Assembly: GCA_963736645.1 (NCBI GenBank)
Contig: CAVTPJ010000008.1
Span: 653,325-717,324 of the forward strand
From: an uncultured Thermoleophilia bacterium
GTDB taxonomy: Bacteria > Actinomycetota > Thermoleophilia > UBA2241
DNA: 64,000 nt
Direction: 5' to 3'
In this document: positions 10,265 to 17,701 of the stretch, piece by piece
Layout of the letters: each line of letters starts with the position of its first letter
Position numbering within the stretch: the first letter of the stretch is position 1
Notes under the pieces: model-generated
What the model was told of the DNA's origin: nothing
Database searches by the model: none
Seen by the model: only the letters and a program-made list of their open reading frames with translations
Position numbers and translations under genes: made by a program

Positions 10265-11335
10265 GTGAACCACCCCGGCGTCTCGATCGGCAGCCTCTGC
10301 GCGCGCATCGTCGAGGGCGCCGTCCCCGACGAGCGCGACGTCGAGTCGCTGCTCCGTGCCGGCGACGAGGCGCCGCTCGTGTTCGCCGCAGCGCGCGAGC
10401 TGCGCGCGCGCCACTCCGGCGACGCCGTCTTCCTCTACGGGTTCGTGTACTTCTCCACCTACTGCCGCAACGAGTGCGCCTTCTGCTACTACCGCGCGGA
10501 CAATGAGCTGAGCCCACGCTATCGCAAGACGACCGAGGAGGTCGTCGAGATCTGTCGCGACCTCGCCGGCTCCGGTGTCGTGCTGCTGGATCTCACCATG
10601 GGAGAGGATCCCGTCATCCACGACGAGCCGGGCAATGCCGCGCTCGTCGAGCTCGTCGCCGCCGTGGCGGACGGCGCGGGGCTGCCGGTCATGATATCGC
10701 CCGGCGTGCTTCCTGAGGCCGCTCTCGGCGAGCTGCGCGAGGCCGGCGCCGACTGGTACGCACTGTACCAGGAGACCCACACACGCGAGCTCTACGATCG
10801 TCTGCGCATCGGCCAGCCGTTCGAGGCGCGCGCAGCCGCGCGTGCAGCCGCCCGGCGCGCCGGCCTGATGGTCGAGGACGGCCTGCTCACCGGCATCGGC
10901 GACTCCGCGGCCGACCGCGCCCGCTCGATCGCCGCCATGCGCACGGCCGGATGGGAACAGGTGCGCGTGATGACCTTCGTCCCCCAGACGGGCACCCCGC
11001 TCGAGGGTGCGTCTCCGGCCGGCGACGCCGACGAGCTGCTCACCATCGCCGCCATGCGTCTCGCCATGCCCGACCGCTTCATCCCCGCCTCACTCGACGT
11101 CGACGGCATCGCCGGCCTCGAACGGCGGCTCGAGGCCGGGGCGAACGTCGTCACGTCGATCGTGCCGCCGACCGTGGGGCTCGCCGGCGTATCCCAGGCG
11201 GAGCTGGACATCGACGAGGGCTACCGCACGGTGCACGGCGTCCTGCCTCACCTCGCCCGGCTCGGGCTGCGCCCGGCCGGCGTCGAGGAGTACCGTGAGC
11301 GGACGGCGGCGGTCCACGCCGCGTGCGCGCGGTGA
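10265..11335 (+). CDS. pylB: methylornithine synthase PylB (radical SAM)
   Basis: Near-collinear motif matches to Methanosarcina PylB as recalled from memory: FVYFSTYCRNECAFCYY (CxxxCxxC), DLTMGEDP, LPVMISPG, ALYQETHTRELYDRLRIGQ, VRVMTFVPQTGTPLEG, FIPASLDVDGIAG, AGANVVTSIVPP; RBS GGGAGGAG before the GTG. Confidence 0.9.
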   Translation: MNHPGVSIGSLCARIVEGAVPDERDVESLLRAGDEAPLVFAAARELRARHSGDAVFLYGFVYFSTYCRNECAFCYYRADNELSPRYRKTTEEVVEICRDLAGSGVVLLDLTMGEDPVIHDEPGNAALVELVAAVADGAGLPVMISPGVLPEAALGELREAGADWYALYQETHTRELYDRLRIGQPFEARAAARAAARRAGLMVEDGLLTGIGDSAADRARSIAAMRTAGWEQVRVMTFVPQTGTPLEGASPAGDADELLTIAAMRLAMPDRFIPASLDVDGIAGLERRLEAGANVVTSIVPPTVGLAGVSQAELDIDEGYRTVHGVLPHLARLGLRPAGVEEYRERTAAVHAACAR

Positions 11336-11339
11336 TCCC

Positions 11340-12584
11340 ATGCGCCTCCTGATCGTCGGCGGCAAGCTGCAGGGCACGGAGGCCGCCTATCTGGCGGCCA
11401 AGGCCGGGTGGGAGACCGTCCTGGTCGACCGGCACGACGCGCCGCCGGCCGCCGGCCTCGCCGACATGCACGTGATCGCCGACATCACCGCGGACGAGGC
11501 GCGAGCGCGGACCCTGGCAACCTCGTGCGACGCGGTCCTGCCTGCTTGCGAAGACGAGACCACACTCGCGTGGCTGGCGGCGCGCGTACCCCAGTGGGGC
11601 GTGCCGTTCCTGTTCGACCTCGACGCCTACCGCGTCACGGCGTCGAAGCTCGCGTCGCGCCGGATGTTCGCCTCGCTCGACGTGCCGCGGCCGGCCGCGT
11701 GGCCCTCTGGGGGCCTTCCCGCGGTGGTCAAGCCGAGCACCGCGAGCGGGAGCGAGGGCGTCGTCGTCGCCCACGATGAGAAGGAGCTCGACGCTGCCCG
11801 AGGCGAGCTGGAGGCGGCCGGCCATGATGTGGTCATCGAGGAGTACGTGCCCGGGCCGTCGCTGTCGATCGAGGTGCTGGCGTGGGGTGGGCGTGCCGTG
11901 CCGCTCCAGGTCACCGGCCTGGAGTTCGACGCGGCGTACGACTGCAAGCGCGTGGTCGCGCCGGTGGGCGAGGCGGCGGAAGGATCGCCTGCGGCGGTCG
12001 GCCTCGACGGCGCGTGTGACTGGGACGCGGCCGTCGGCGCCGGCGTGCTGGAGGCGCTGGACGCCGCGGCACTGCGCATCGCCCTCGGTCTTCGTCTGAA
12101 CGGCCTGATGGACGTCGAGGTCATGGTCGGCGGGCCGGAGCCCAAGGTCCTCGAGGTCGATGCGCGTCTTCCCAGCCAGACGCCGACCGCCGTGTACTGG
12201 TCCAGCGGCCTCAACATCGTCGAGCTCCTGGCCGAGACCGCGCGCGTGGGCGTGCCGCCGGCGGTGGACCGTACGGCCCGGCGCGCAGTCGTCTATCAGC
12301 ACGTGCGGGCCTCCGGGGGTTTGCTGGAGGTGCTCGGCGAGCATGTCATGGGAAGCGCCGGTCCCCTGAAACTGGTTCCCGGGTTCTTCGGCGCTGACGA
12401 GGCGCTCACGGACTACGCTCCTGGGCGCCGTGAGTGGGCGGCCACGCTGATCGTCGCCGCGGCGACCACCTCGGAGGCGCGTCGGCGGGCCGGAGAGACG
12501 GTGAGGAATGTGGCTGTCCACGAGCGCCTGGAGCCTGTACCTGAGGTAGAGATCGCACCGGCCTGTGAGGGAGGTCCCCGATGA
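11340..12584 (+). CDS. pylC: 3-methylornithine--L-lysine ligase PylC (ATP-grasp)
   Basis: N-terminus MRLLIVGGKLQGTEAAYLAAKAG matches the recalled PylC MKTICLVGGKLQGFEAAYL; EVDARLPSQTPTAVYWSSGLNIVELL matches recalled PylC IEIDARFPSQTPTVVYYSSGINLIELL. Confidence 0.9.
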   Translation: MRLLIVGGKLQGTEAAYLAAKAGWETVLVDRHDAPPAAGLADMHVIADITADEARARTLATSCDAVLPACEDETTLAWLAARVPQWGVPFLFDLDAYRVTASKLASRRMFASLDVPRPAAWPSGGLPAVVKPSTASGSEGVVVAHDEKELDAARGELEAAGHDVVIEEYVPGPSLSIEVLAWGGRAVPLQVTGLEFDAAYDCKRVVAPVGEAAEGSPAAVGLDGACDWDAAVGAGVLEALDAAALRIALGLRLNGLMDVEVMVGGPEPKVLEVDARLPSQTPTAVYWSSGLNIVELLAETARVGVPPAVDRTARRAVVYQHVRASGGLLEVLGEHVMGSAGPLKLVPGFFGADEALTDYAPGRREWAATLIVAAATTSEARRRAGETVRNVAVHERLEPVPEVEIAPACEGGPR

Positions 12585-13387
12585 CACGACTGACCGAGAC
12601 CGACGTCACGGCGCTGACGAGAGGCCTGGACGCGTTCGAGGACCGCTTGCTCCAGGTGTCGGGGCTTGACCTGCGCGACGTGGCCTTGCGCACGGCCACC
12701 GACGATGTGCGGTGCGTGCAGATGCGCGGCGCGCGTGTCGCGGTCGTCCCGGTGTCGTCGGGAGAAGGCTTCATTCCCGGGTTCACCGAGTGCGTCGAGG
12801 CGATCCTGACCCATCTCGGCTGTGACGCCTGGGTCACGACGCAACCCGACGTGCGCGGCATCCAGGCTGCTGTGGCCGCCGGCGCGACCGTCCTCTTCCT
12901 CGCCGACGATCGTCGCTTCATCGCCCTCAACGTCACGAGGGGGTGCTCCGCGGACGACGACCCCGCCACGGCCGACGGCTACGTGACCGTGCTCGACGCG
13001 GCGGCGGGGGGGCTCCTTGAGCGGCGCGTCCTGCTGCTCGGGCTGGGCCCCGTGGGTCGTGCGGCGGCGAGGCGACTCGTCAGTCGTGGGGCGACGGTCT
13101 TCGTGGCCGAGCCCGATGAGCAACGTGTCGCGGCGGCGCTCGACGTCGGTCTGAAGATCGAGCCCGTCGATCTCTCCAAGGGGCTGGAGCTCTGCGACCT
13201 GGTCTTCGACGCGTCCCCGGCGGCCGGCATCATCGACGCCGGCGACGTGGGACCGGAGACGATCGCCGCCGTCCCCGGCCTGCCCTCCGCCTTCACCGCG
13301 GCGGCTCAGGAGGTCCTCGGCGTGCGCCACATCCACGAGCCGCTCGCCATCGGCGTGGCGGTCATGGCGGCGCGCGCGTTGCTCTGA
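12581..13387 (+). CDS. pylD: pyrrolysine synthase PylD (3-methylornithyl-N6-lysine dehydrogenase)
   Basis: 268 aa; VAVVPVSSGEGFIPGFTE, Rossmann LLLGLGPVGRAAARRL and IHEPLAIGVAVM match recalled PylD motifs; overlaps pylC by 4 nt. Confidence 0.85.
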   Translation: MTRLTETDVTALTRGLDAFEDRLLQVSGLDLRDVALRTATDDVRCVQMRGARVAVVPVSSGEGFIPGFTECVEAILTHLGCDAWVTTQPDVRGIQAAVAAGATVLFLADDRRFIALNVTRGCSADDDPATADGYVTVLDAAAGGLLERRVLLLGLGPVGRAAARRLVSRGATVFVAEPDEQRVAAALDVGLKIEPVDLSKGLELCDLVFDASPAAGIIDAGDVGPETIAAVPGLPSAFTAAAQEVLGVRHIHEPLAIGVAVMAARALL

Positions 13388-13425
13388 CCGTGGCGCGCGG
13401 GCGTCGTTGTACAATCAACGGGCGC

Positions 13426-13498
13426 GGGGGGTCGATCGGAAGGATCAGCGTGGGCTCTAAACCCACGTAGGCGGGTGTGACTCCCGCACTCCCCGCCA
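13426..13498 (+). tRNA. pylT: tRNA-Pyl (anticodon CUA, amber suppressor)
   Basis: 73 nt GGGGGGTCGATCGGAAGGATCAGCGTGGGCTCTAAACCCACGTAGGCGGGTGTGACTCCCGCACTCCCCGCCA; anticodon loop CUCUAAA (CUA at 13458-13460); acceptor 5'-GGGGGG / CCCCGCCA-3'; architecture and sequence closely match the recalled Desulfitobacterium hafniense tRNAPyl; 38 nt after pylD. Confidence 0.85.
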
Positions 13499-13572
13499 GC
13501 ACTTCTCCTCTTCGCGGGGACGCGCATCCGGCGCCGGCCTCCGTCGCGGGCCGGGTCTCGGGGGGCTCCCGT

Positions 13573-14502
13573 TCAGTCGGCCGCGAAGGTCACCGGGATG
13601 CGCACCTCGTTCTGGCGGGAGCCATCCTCCATCGACTGGTCGAAGACCGTGAGCGTCCCGTCCGCGGCCGACGTCGAGTAGGGGACCCTCCTCGCGAAGG
13701 TCCCGCGGCCGGGGGCGCCGCGGGTGGCCTGCATGATGACGTTGACGACGCGGCGGCCGCTGGCGTCGACGAGGCGCGCCTGGAAGGAGCCTTCGAAGAC
13801 GCTCGCCGTCCCGGTGAGCGTGAAGGGGCTGGAGATCACGGCCCCGACCCCCGGCGACTCGACGAAGATCGCCGGCTCGAAGCTGCGCCAGTCGCTGCGG
13901 CGCTGGCTCTCGGCGAGCACGATCCCCTCGCCGCCCAGCGCGTCGACAGGGGTGCCGTCGAGCAGGAACTCGACCGACCTCACCGTGCGGAACTGGGTGA
14001 GTGTGTACACGACCTGTGCCACGCGGGCGGTCATCGAGAGAGTGCCGCCCCCTGAGGCGAACCGTCCGGAGAGGTCCACGCGTGCCGTCGTCCCGTCGAT
14101 GGTGAGGCCCAGGAGCCGGGTCCCCTTGGGGACCGCGCTGCCGAGGCCGGCGGCCCGCTCCCCGGCCGTCGGGCCGGCGAGCAGGCCGTTGACTGCCGCA
14201 GTGGCCGGCATGGACGTGGCCGGCACCCGGCGCTCTGCGACGCCGAGCTTCTCTCCCCGCAGGAAGTACACGCGGAGCGTCGTCTCCTCAGCGGCGCCGG
14301 ACGGCGATGGAGAAGGAGACTGCGACGGCTCCACCGATGGTCCGACCGTGACCGTGACCGTGGCGGTGGGCTTCGGGGATCCGTCGCCCGACGATCCGCC
14401 GCAGGCGGCGATCAGAGCGGACCCGATCACGACGACCACCGCCGCGGCGATCAGCAGGAGCGGGAGCAGGCGGCCGAAGCCGGCTGCGATGCGACGCGTC
14501 AT
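13573..14502 (-). CDS. GerMN-domain (spore germination protein-like) lipoprotein
   Basis: Lipobox LIAAC after the signal peptide, Ser/Pro-rich linker, then a GerMN plus Ig-like (Gmad2-type) region; start taken at M17 (ATG 14502). Confidence 0.6.
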   Translation of the reverse strand: MTRRIAAGFGRLLPLLLIAAAVVVVIGSALIAACGGSSGDGSPKPTATVTVTVGPSVEPSQSPSPSPSGAAEETTLRVYFLRGEKLGVAERRVPATSMPATAAVNGLLAGPTAGERAAGLGSAVPKGTRLLGLTIDGTTARVDLSGRFASGGGTLSMTARVAQVVYTLTQFRTVRSVEFLLDGTPVDALGGEGIVLAESQRRSDWRSFEPAIFVESPGVGAVISSPFTLTGTASVFEGSFQARLVDASGRRVVNVIMQATRGAPGRGTFARRVPYSTSAADGTLTVFDQSMEDGSRQNEVRIPVTFAAD

Positions 14503-14609
14503 CGGGCACCTCGGGTCGATGTGGGTGGGACGAACCTTCGACGTCCCCACGCCGCGCTCCTGCTCACTCCGCCGGGAGCTCCGGGACGCCGTGCTAGACT
14601 GGCGTCCCG

Positions 14610-14939
14610 ATGCCGACCGACCCCAACAAGGCGCGCTATTATCGCAAGCAGGTCCCGCTCTTCCGTCTGGTAGAGAAGATGAAGCTGTGGCCGTCGCGGA
14701 GAGGCATCCTCCACGGGATCAGGCAGTTCGAGGAGCGCGGCCGTTACGCTGTCGTGGTGACGCACTGCGGCAAGCACATGGTCGTCCACGACTCCAAGAC
14801 GAGCCGCGCCGCCCGCTGGCTGCGCAACAAGTGGTATGCGGAGGCCTGTCCGCAGTGCCGCATCCCGGAGTGGAAGCTGCAGAAGTACGCCTCGACGCAG
14901 TTCAAGCGCGGGTACGGCTCGCACCTGCACGACCTCTGA
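14610..14939 (+). CDS. pylSn: pyrrolysyl-tRNA synthetase N-terminal tRNA-binding domain protein (PylSn)
   Basis: 109 aa; LWPSRRGILHGI...CGKHMVVHDSKTSRAARWLRNKWYAEACPQCRI aligns with the recalled M. mazei PylRS N-domain LWMSRTGTIHKI...[33 protein letters not shown] (zinc-ribbon Cys conserved). Confidence 0.85.
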   Translation: MPTDPNKARYYRKQVPLFRLVEKMKLWPSRRGILHGIRQFEERGRYAVVVTHCGKHMVVHDSKTSRAARWLRNKWYAEACPQCRIPEWKLQKYASTQFKRGYGSHLHDL

Positions 14940-14964
14940 GCCGGCGCCGGCGCCGGCCCCTCCG

Positions 14965-15843
14965 CTAGAGCAGGCGCCAGCTCTCCGGGCGCAGCTGCAC
15001 GGACTCCGGCGCGCCCAGCACCCGGTCCAGCTGTTCAAGGATGGCCGCCTTGTCGCCGGGCAGGCGGCCGCCGATCGGCAGGTAGTTCGAGGCGTGGTTG
15101 CAGCGGAAGAGGCAGTCCGTGACGTCCAGGTGCGCGACGATCTCGCGCAGCTCGCGGAGCATCCCGACGGAGTCCGGCAACACGACCTCGCTGGTGGCCA
15201 CCTTGCGCTCCATCGCCGTACCCGGGGTGAGCATGAGCGTGAGAAGCCCGATGTACTCGGGGTCGATCGACGACAGCGCGCTGCCCGTCGCCGCGGCGTG
15301 GACCAGCGAACGCTCTCGACCGGCGAGACCGAGGATCGCGGTGACCGAGAGCCGCATGCCGGCGTCCGACGCTCGCCGGCATCCTTCGATCTGCTCGGCC
15401 ACGGTCATGCCCTTGTGGATGGCCGCGAGCGTCTCGTCGTCGCCGGACTCGAGGCCCAGATAGAGAAGGCGTATGCCGCGCTCGCGTAGCGCCGCCAGCT
15501 CCTCCACCGACTTGGCAAGGAGGTTCTTCGCGTTGGCGTAGCTGCTCACCCGCTCGAGGTTGGGCAGGGCGCGGTGCAGCAGGTCGAGGATCGCATCGAG
15601 TCTGCGGGCGCTGAGCGCCATCGCGTCGCCGTCGGCCAGGAAGACCCGCCTGACGCGCTGGCGCACGCTCGCCGGCAGTCCGGTGACGTCTTCGACGACC
15701 TCGTCGAACGGTCGCACGGAGAACGGTTTGTCGAGGTAGGTGCCGCAGAAGTCGCAGGTGTTGTTGGAGCAGCCGTACGTGACCTGCACGATCAGGCTGT
15801 CGGCCTCGCTGGGGGGACGGATGACGGCGCCGTGGTACCTCAC
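14965..15843 (-). CDS. radical SAM domain protein (uncharacterised)
   Basis: CSNNTCDFC radical-SAM cluster motif about 25 aa after a GTG at 15843; the track ORF extends to 16017 but the upstream Arg/Pro-rich stretch looks non-coding. Confidence 0.65.
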   Translation of the reverse strand: MRYHGAVIRPPSEADSLIVQVTYGCSNNTCDFCGTYLDKPFSVRPFDEVVEDVTGLPASVRQRVRRVFLADGDAMALSARRLDAILDLLHRALPNLERVSSYANAKNLLAKSVEELAALRERGIRLLYLGLESGDDETLAAIHKGMTVAEQIEGCRRASDAGMRLSVTAILGLAGRERSLVHAAATGSALSSIDPEYIGLLTLMLTPGTAMERKVATSEVVLPDSVGMLRELREIVAHLDVTDCLFRCNHASNYLPIGGRLPGDKAAILEQLDRVLGAPESVQLRPESWRLL

Positions 15844-16113
15844 GGTATCGATGCTAGCATGGGCCGCCGGGCGGCGCTCCCCGCTCCGGCGGCTTGGCGG
15901 GAACCGCGTGCTCCCGGCTTGTGGTCGGCGGCTCAAGCGGCTGATATACTCCCGGCACGTGCTGTGGGAGGGCGTCCGGGGGAGCGTCCGGCCGGAAGGG
16001 ATCCGGCTCGTTCTCACCTCCGGCTTGCGGTGTCATCGCCCGATCCTCATGCACCCGCCATACCTCGTTGCGCGGTAAACAGTTGTGAGCAAAGTCGGGA
16101 GGAGTCCAGGGTC

Positions 16114-16746
16114 ATGGCAGACATCTACGCAGAAGCAGCCGAGACTATCGTGAACGCCGATCGGGCCGCGGCCGAGGAGGTCGCGCAGCGCGCGCTCGAC
16201 TCCGGCATCGCCCCGGCGGACATCATGCAGAACGGCTTCGTCAAGGGCATCCAGGAGGTCGGCGACCTCTTCGAGAGCGGCGAGGTCTTCCTCCCCGAGC
16301 TCATGATGAGCGCGGACGCCATGGCCGGCGCCACCGAGGTCACCAACGCCGCCCTCGAGGGCGAGGCCGCCGAGGCCAAGGGCGTCATGGTCATCGGCAC
16401 CGTCCAGGGCGACGTCCACGACATCGGCAAGGCGATCGTCATCGCCTATCTCAAGGCCAACGGCTACGAGGTCACCGACCTCGGCCGCGACGTCAGCGCC
16501 GACACCTTCGTCGAGAAGGCCAAGGAGCTCAACGCCGACGTCATCGGCATGAGCGCCCTGCTCACCACCACCATGGAGGAGCAGAAGAAGGTCATCAAGG
16601 TCATCAAGGAGGAGGGCCTGCCCTTCAAGACCGTCGTCGGCGGCGCGCCGTGCACGCAGCGCTGGGCCGACCAGATCGGCGCCGACGCCTACGCCGAGGA
16701 CGCCAACGACGGCGTCAAGAAGATCGACGCGCTGCTGGGCAAGTAG
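16114..16746 (+). CDS. cobalamin-binding corrinoid protein (methyltransferase cognate, MtmC/MttC/MtbC-like)
   Basis: 211 aa; B12-binding DxHxxG motif (GDVHDIGK) and helical cap domain; RBS GGGAGGAG upstream of ATG 16114; TAG stop. Confidence 0.8.
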   Translation: MADIYAEAAETIVNADRAAAEEVAQRALDSGIAPADIMQNGFVKGIQEVGDLFESGEVFLPELMMSADAMAGATEVTNAALEGEAAEAKGVMVIGTVQGDVHDIGKAIVIAYLKANGYEVTDLGRDVSADTFVEKAKELNADVIGMSALLTTTMEEQKKVIKVIKEEGLPFKTVVGGAPCTQRWADQIGADAYAEDANDGVKKIDALLGK

Positions 16747-16770
16747 GCGCGCGTCACACGAGTGCTTCCC

Positions 16771-16798
16771 GAGGGGCGGGCCGTGCGGCCCGCCCCTC
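16771..16798. terminator. bidirectional hairpin terminator between the corrinoid gene and pylSc
   Basis: Perfect 12-bp GC stem GAGGGGCGGGCC-gtgc-GGCCCGCCCCTC between convergent genes. Confidence 0.5.
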
Positions 16799-16840
16799 GT
16801 GCGTACGGGGGCGGGCGAAGCGGTCTCCGCCCGCGGCCGG

Positions 16841-17701
16841 CTAGAGGTTGAGCCGCACGCCGTCGACGTAGCTGAGGCTACGGCCTGCGCGCTCGATGTT
16901 GGGATAGCCCTCGCGCGTCATGATGAGGCGCTCGAGCCCGAACCCGAGCCCGACCCACGGGTCGACGATGCCCCAATTGCCGTCCAGCGGGTGTGGGCCG
17001 AGGCCCGCGGAGCACACCTCGGCCCCTCCGACCAGGACGTCGATCATGGCGCCGTAGACCTCCGAGTCCGTGACCTCGAGCTCGTACGAGGCGATGCCGG
17101 CAGCGTCCATGACGAGGCGGGCGAGAGTCTCCAGCCGCTCCCGGCCCTCCTTGGCCGGCCTGCCGAGCTCGACGAGGTTCAGCATCGTGAACTCGTTCAG
17201 GTGGCTGGCCCCCTTGCTGTCCCGGCGGAAGCACGGGCCGATCTCGAAGATGCCGAACGGCTTGGTCCAGAGCCTGCTCAGCCTGCGGAGCAGGGTGTAC
17301 AAGTTGGGCGCGAGCATCGGCCGCAGGCAGCGGCCGTCGTCGAGCCAGAACACCTGCTCGCGGAGCGGGTGACCGTGCTCGATACCCATCTTGCGCAGCG
17401 CGTCCGAAGTGATGATGAGCGGGGTCACGACGCGGACGAAGCCGGCGGCGACGAGCGCGTCGCTGAGGCCCGTCTCGAGCTCGACGAGTTGCGGAGCCCG
17501 CCGGCCTTCGCGCAGCTCCCGCAGCCGCCGCCGTCCGTCCGCCGCCAGCTCGTTCTCGAGCCGCTTGAAGGCTGCATCGCGAGCGTCGGAGCTCGCGAAG
17601 AGCTCGTCGAGCACGACCGGGTCGCCGCCGAGCTCACGCAAGCGCTGCGACTGCGTCGCCGTCAGGCGGACGCGGAGAGCGTCGGCTTCGTCCGGTGTCA
17701 C
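16841..17701 (-). CDS. pylSc: pyrrolysyl-tRNA synthetase catalytic domain (PylSc)
   Basis: Class II aaRS core; CLRPMLAPNLYTLLRRLSRLWTKPFGIFEIGPCFRRDSKGASHLNEFTMLNL and C-terminal SYVDGVRLNL near-collinear with recalled D. hafniense PylSc and M. mazei PylRS; start GTG 17701 overlaps the upstream amidase stop (GTGA); the track ORF extends an Arg-rich 67 aa further and is rejected. Confidence 0.9.
   Translation of the reverse strand: MTPDEADALRVRLTATQSQRLRELGGDPVVLDELFASSDARDAAFKRLENELAADGRRRLRELREGRRAPQLVELETGLSDALVAAGFVRVVTPLIITSDALRKMGIEHGHPLREQVFWLDDGRCLRPMLAPNLYTLLRRLSRLWTKPFGIFEIGPCFRRDSKGASHLNEFTMLNLVELGRPAKEGRERLETLARLVMDAAGIASYELEVTDSEVYGAMIDVLVGGAEVCSAGLGPHPLDGNWGIVDPWVGLGFGLERLIMTREGYPNIERAGRSLSYVDGVRLNL

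Noticed and set aside
14550-14609. Short divergent intergenic region between the GerMN gene and pylSn as a possible shared regulatory element
   Set aside because: It is only 60 bp plus leaders and has no clear palindromes or -35/-10 hexamers recognisable by eye. It was left unannotated.
16744-16840. Possible programmed TAG read-through (Pyl insertion) at the end of the corrinoid protein gene
   Set aside because: The downstream in-frame sequence is GC-rich hairpin (terminator) with no protein-like composition. The protein already has a full-length corrinoid fold, and several other genes here use TAG as an ordinary stop.
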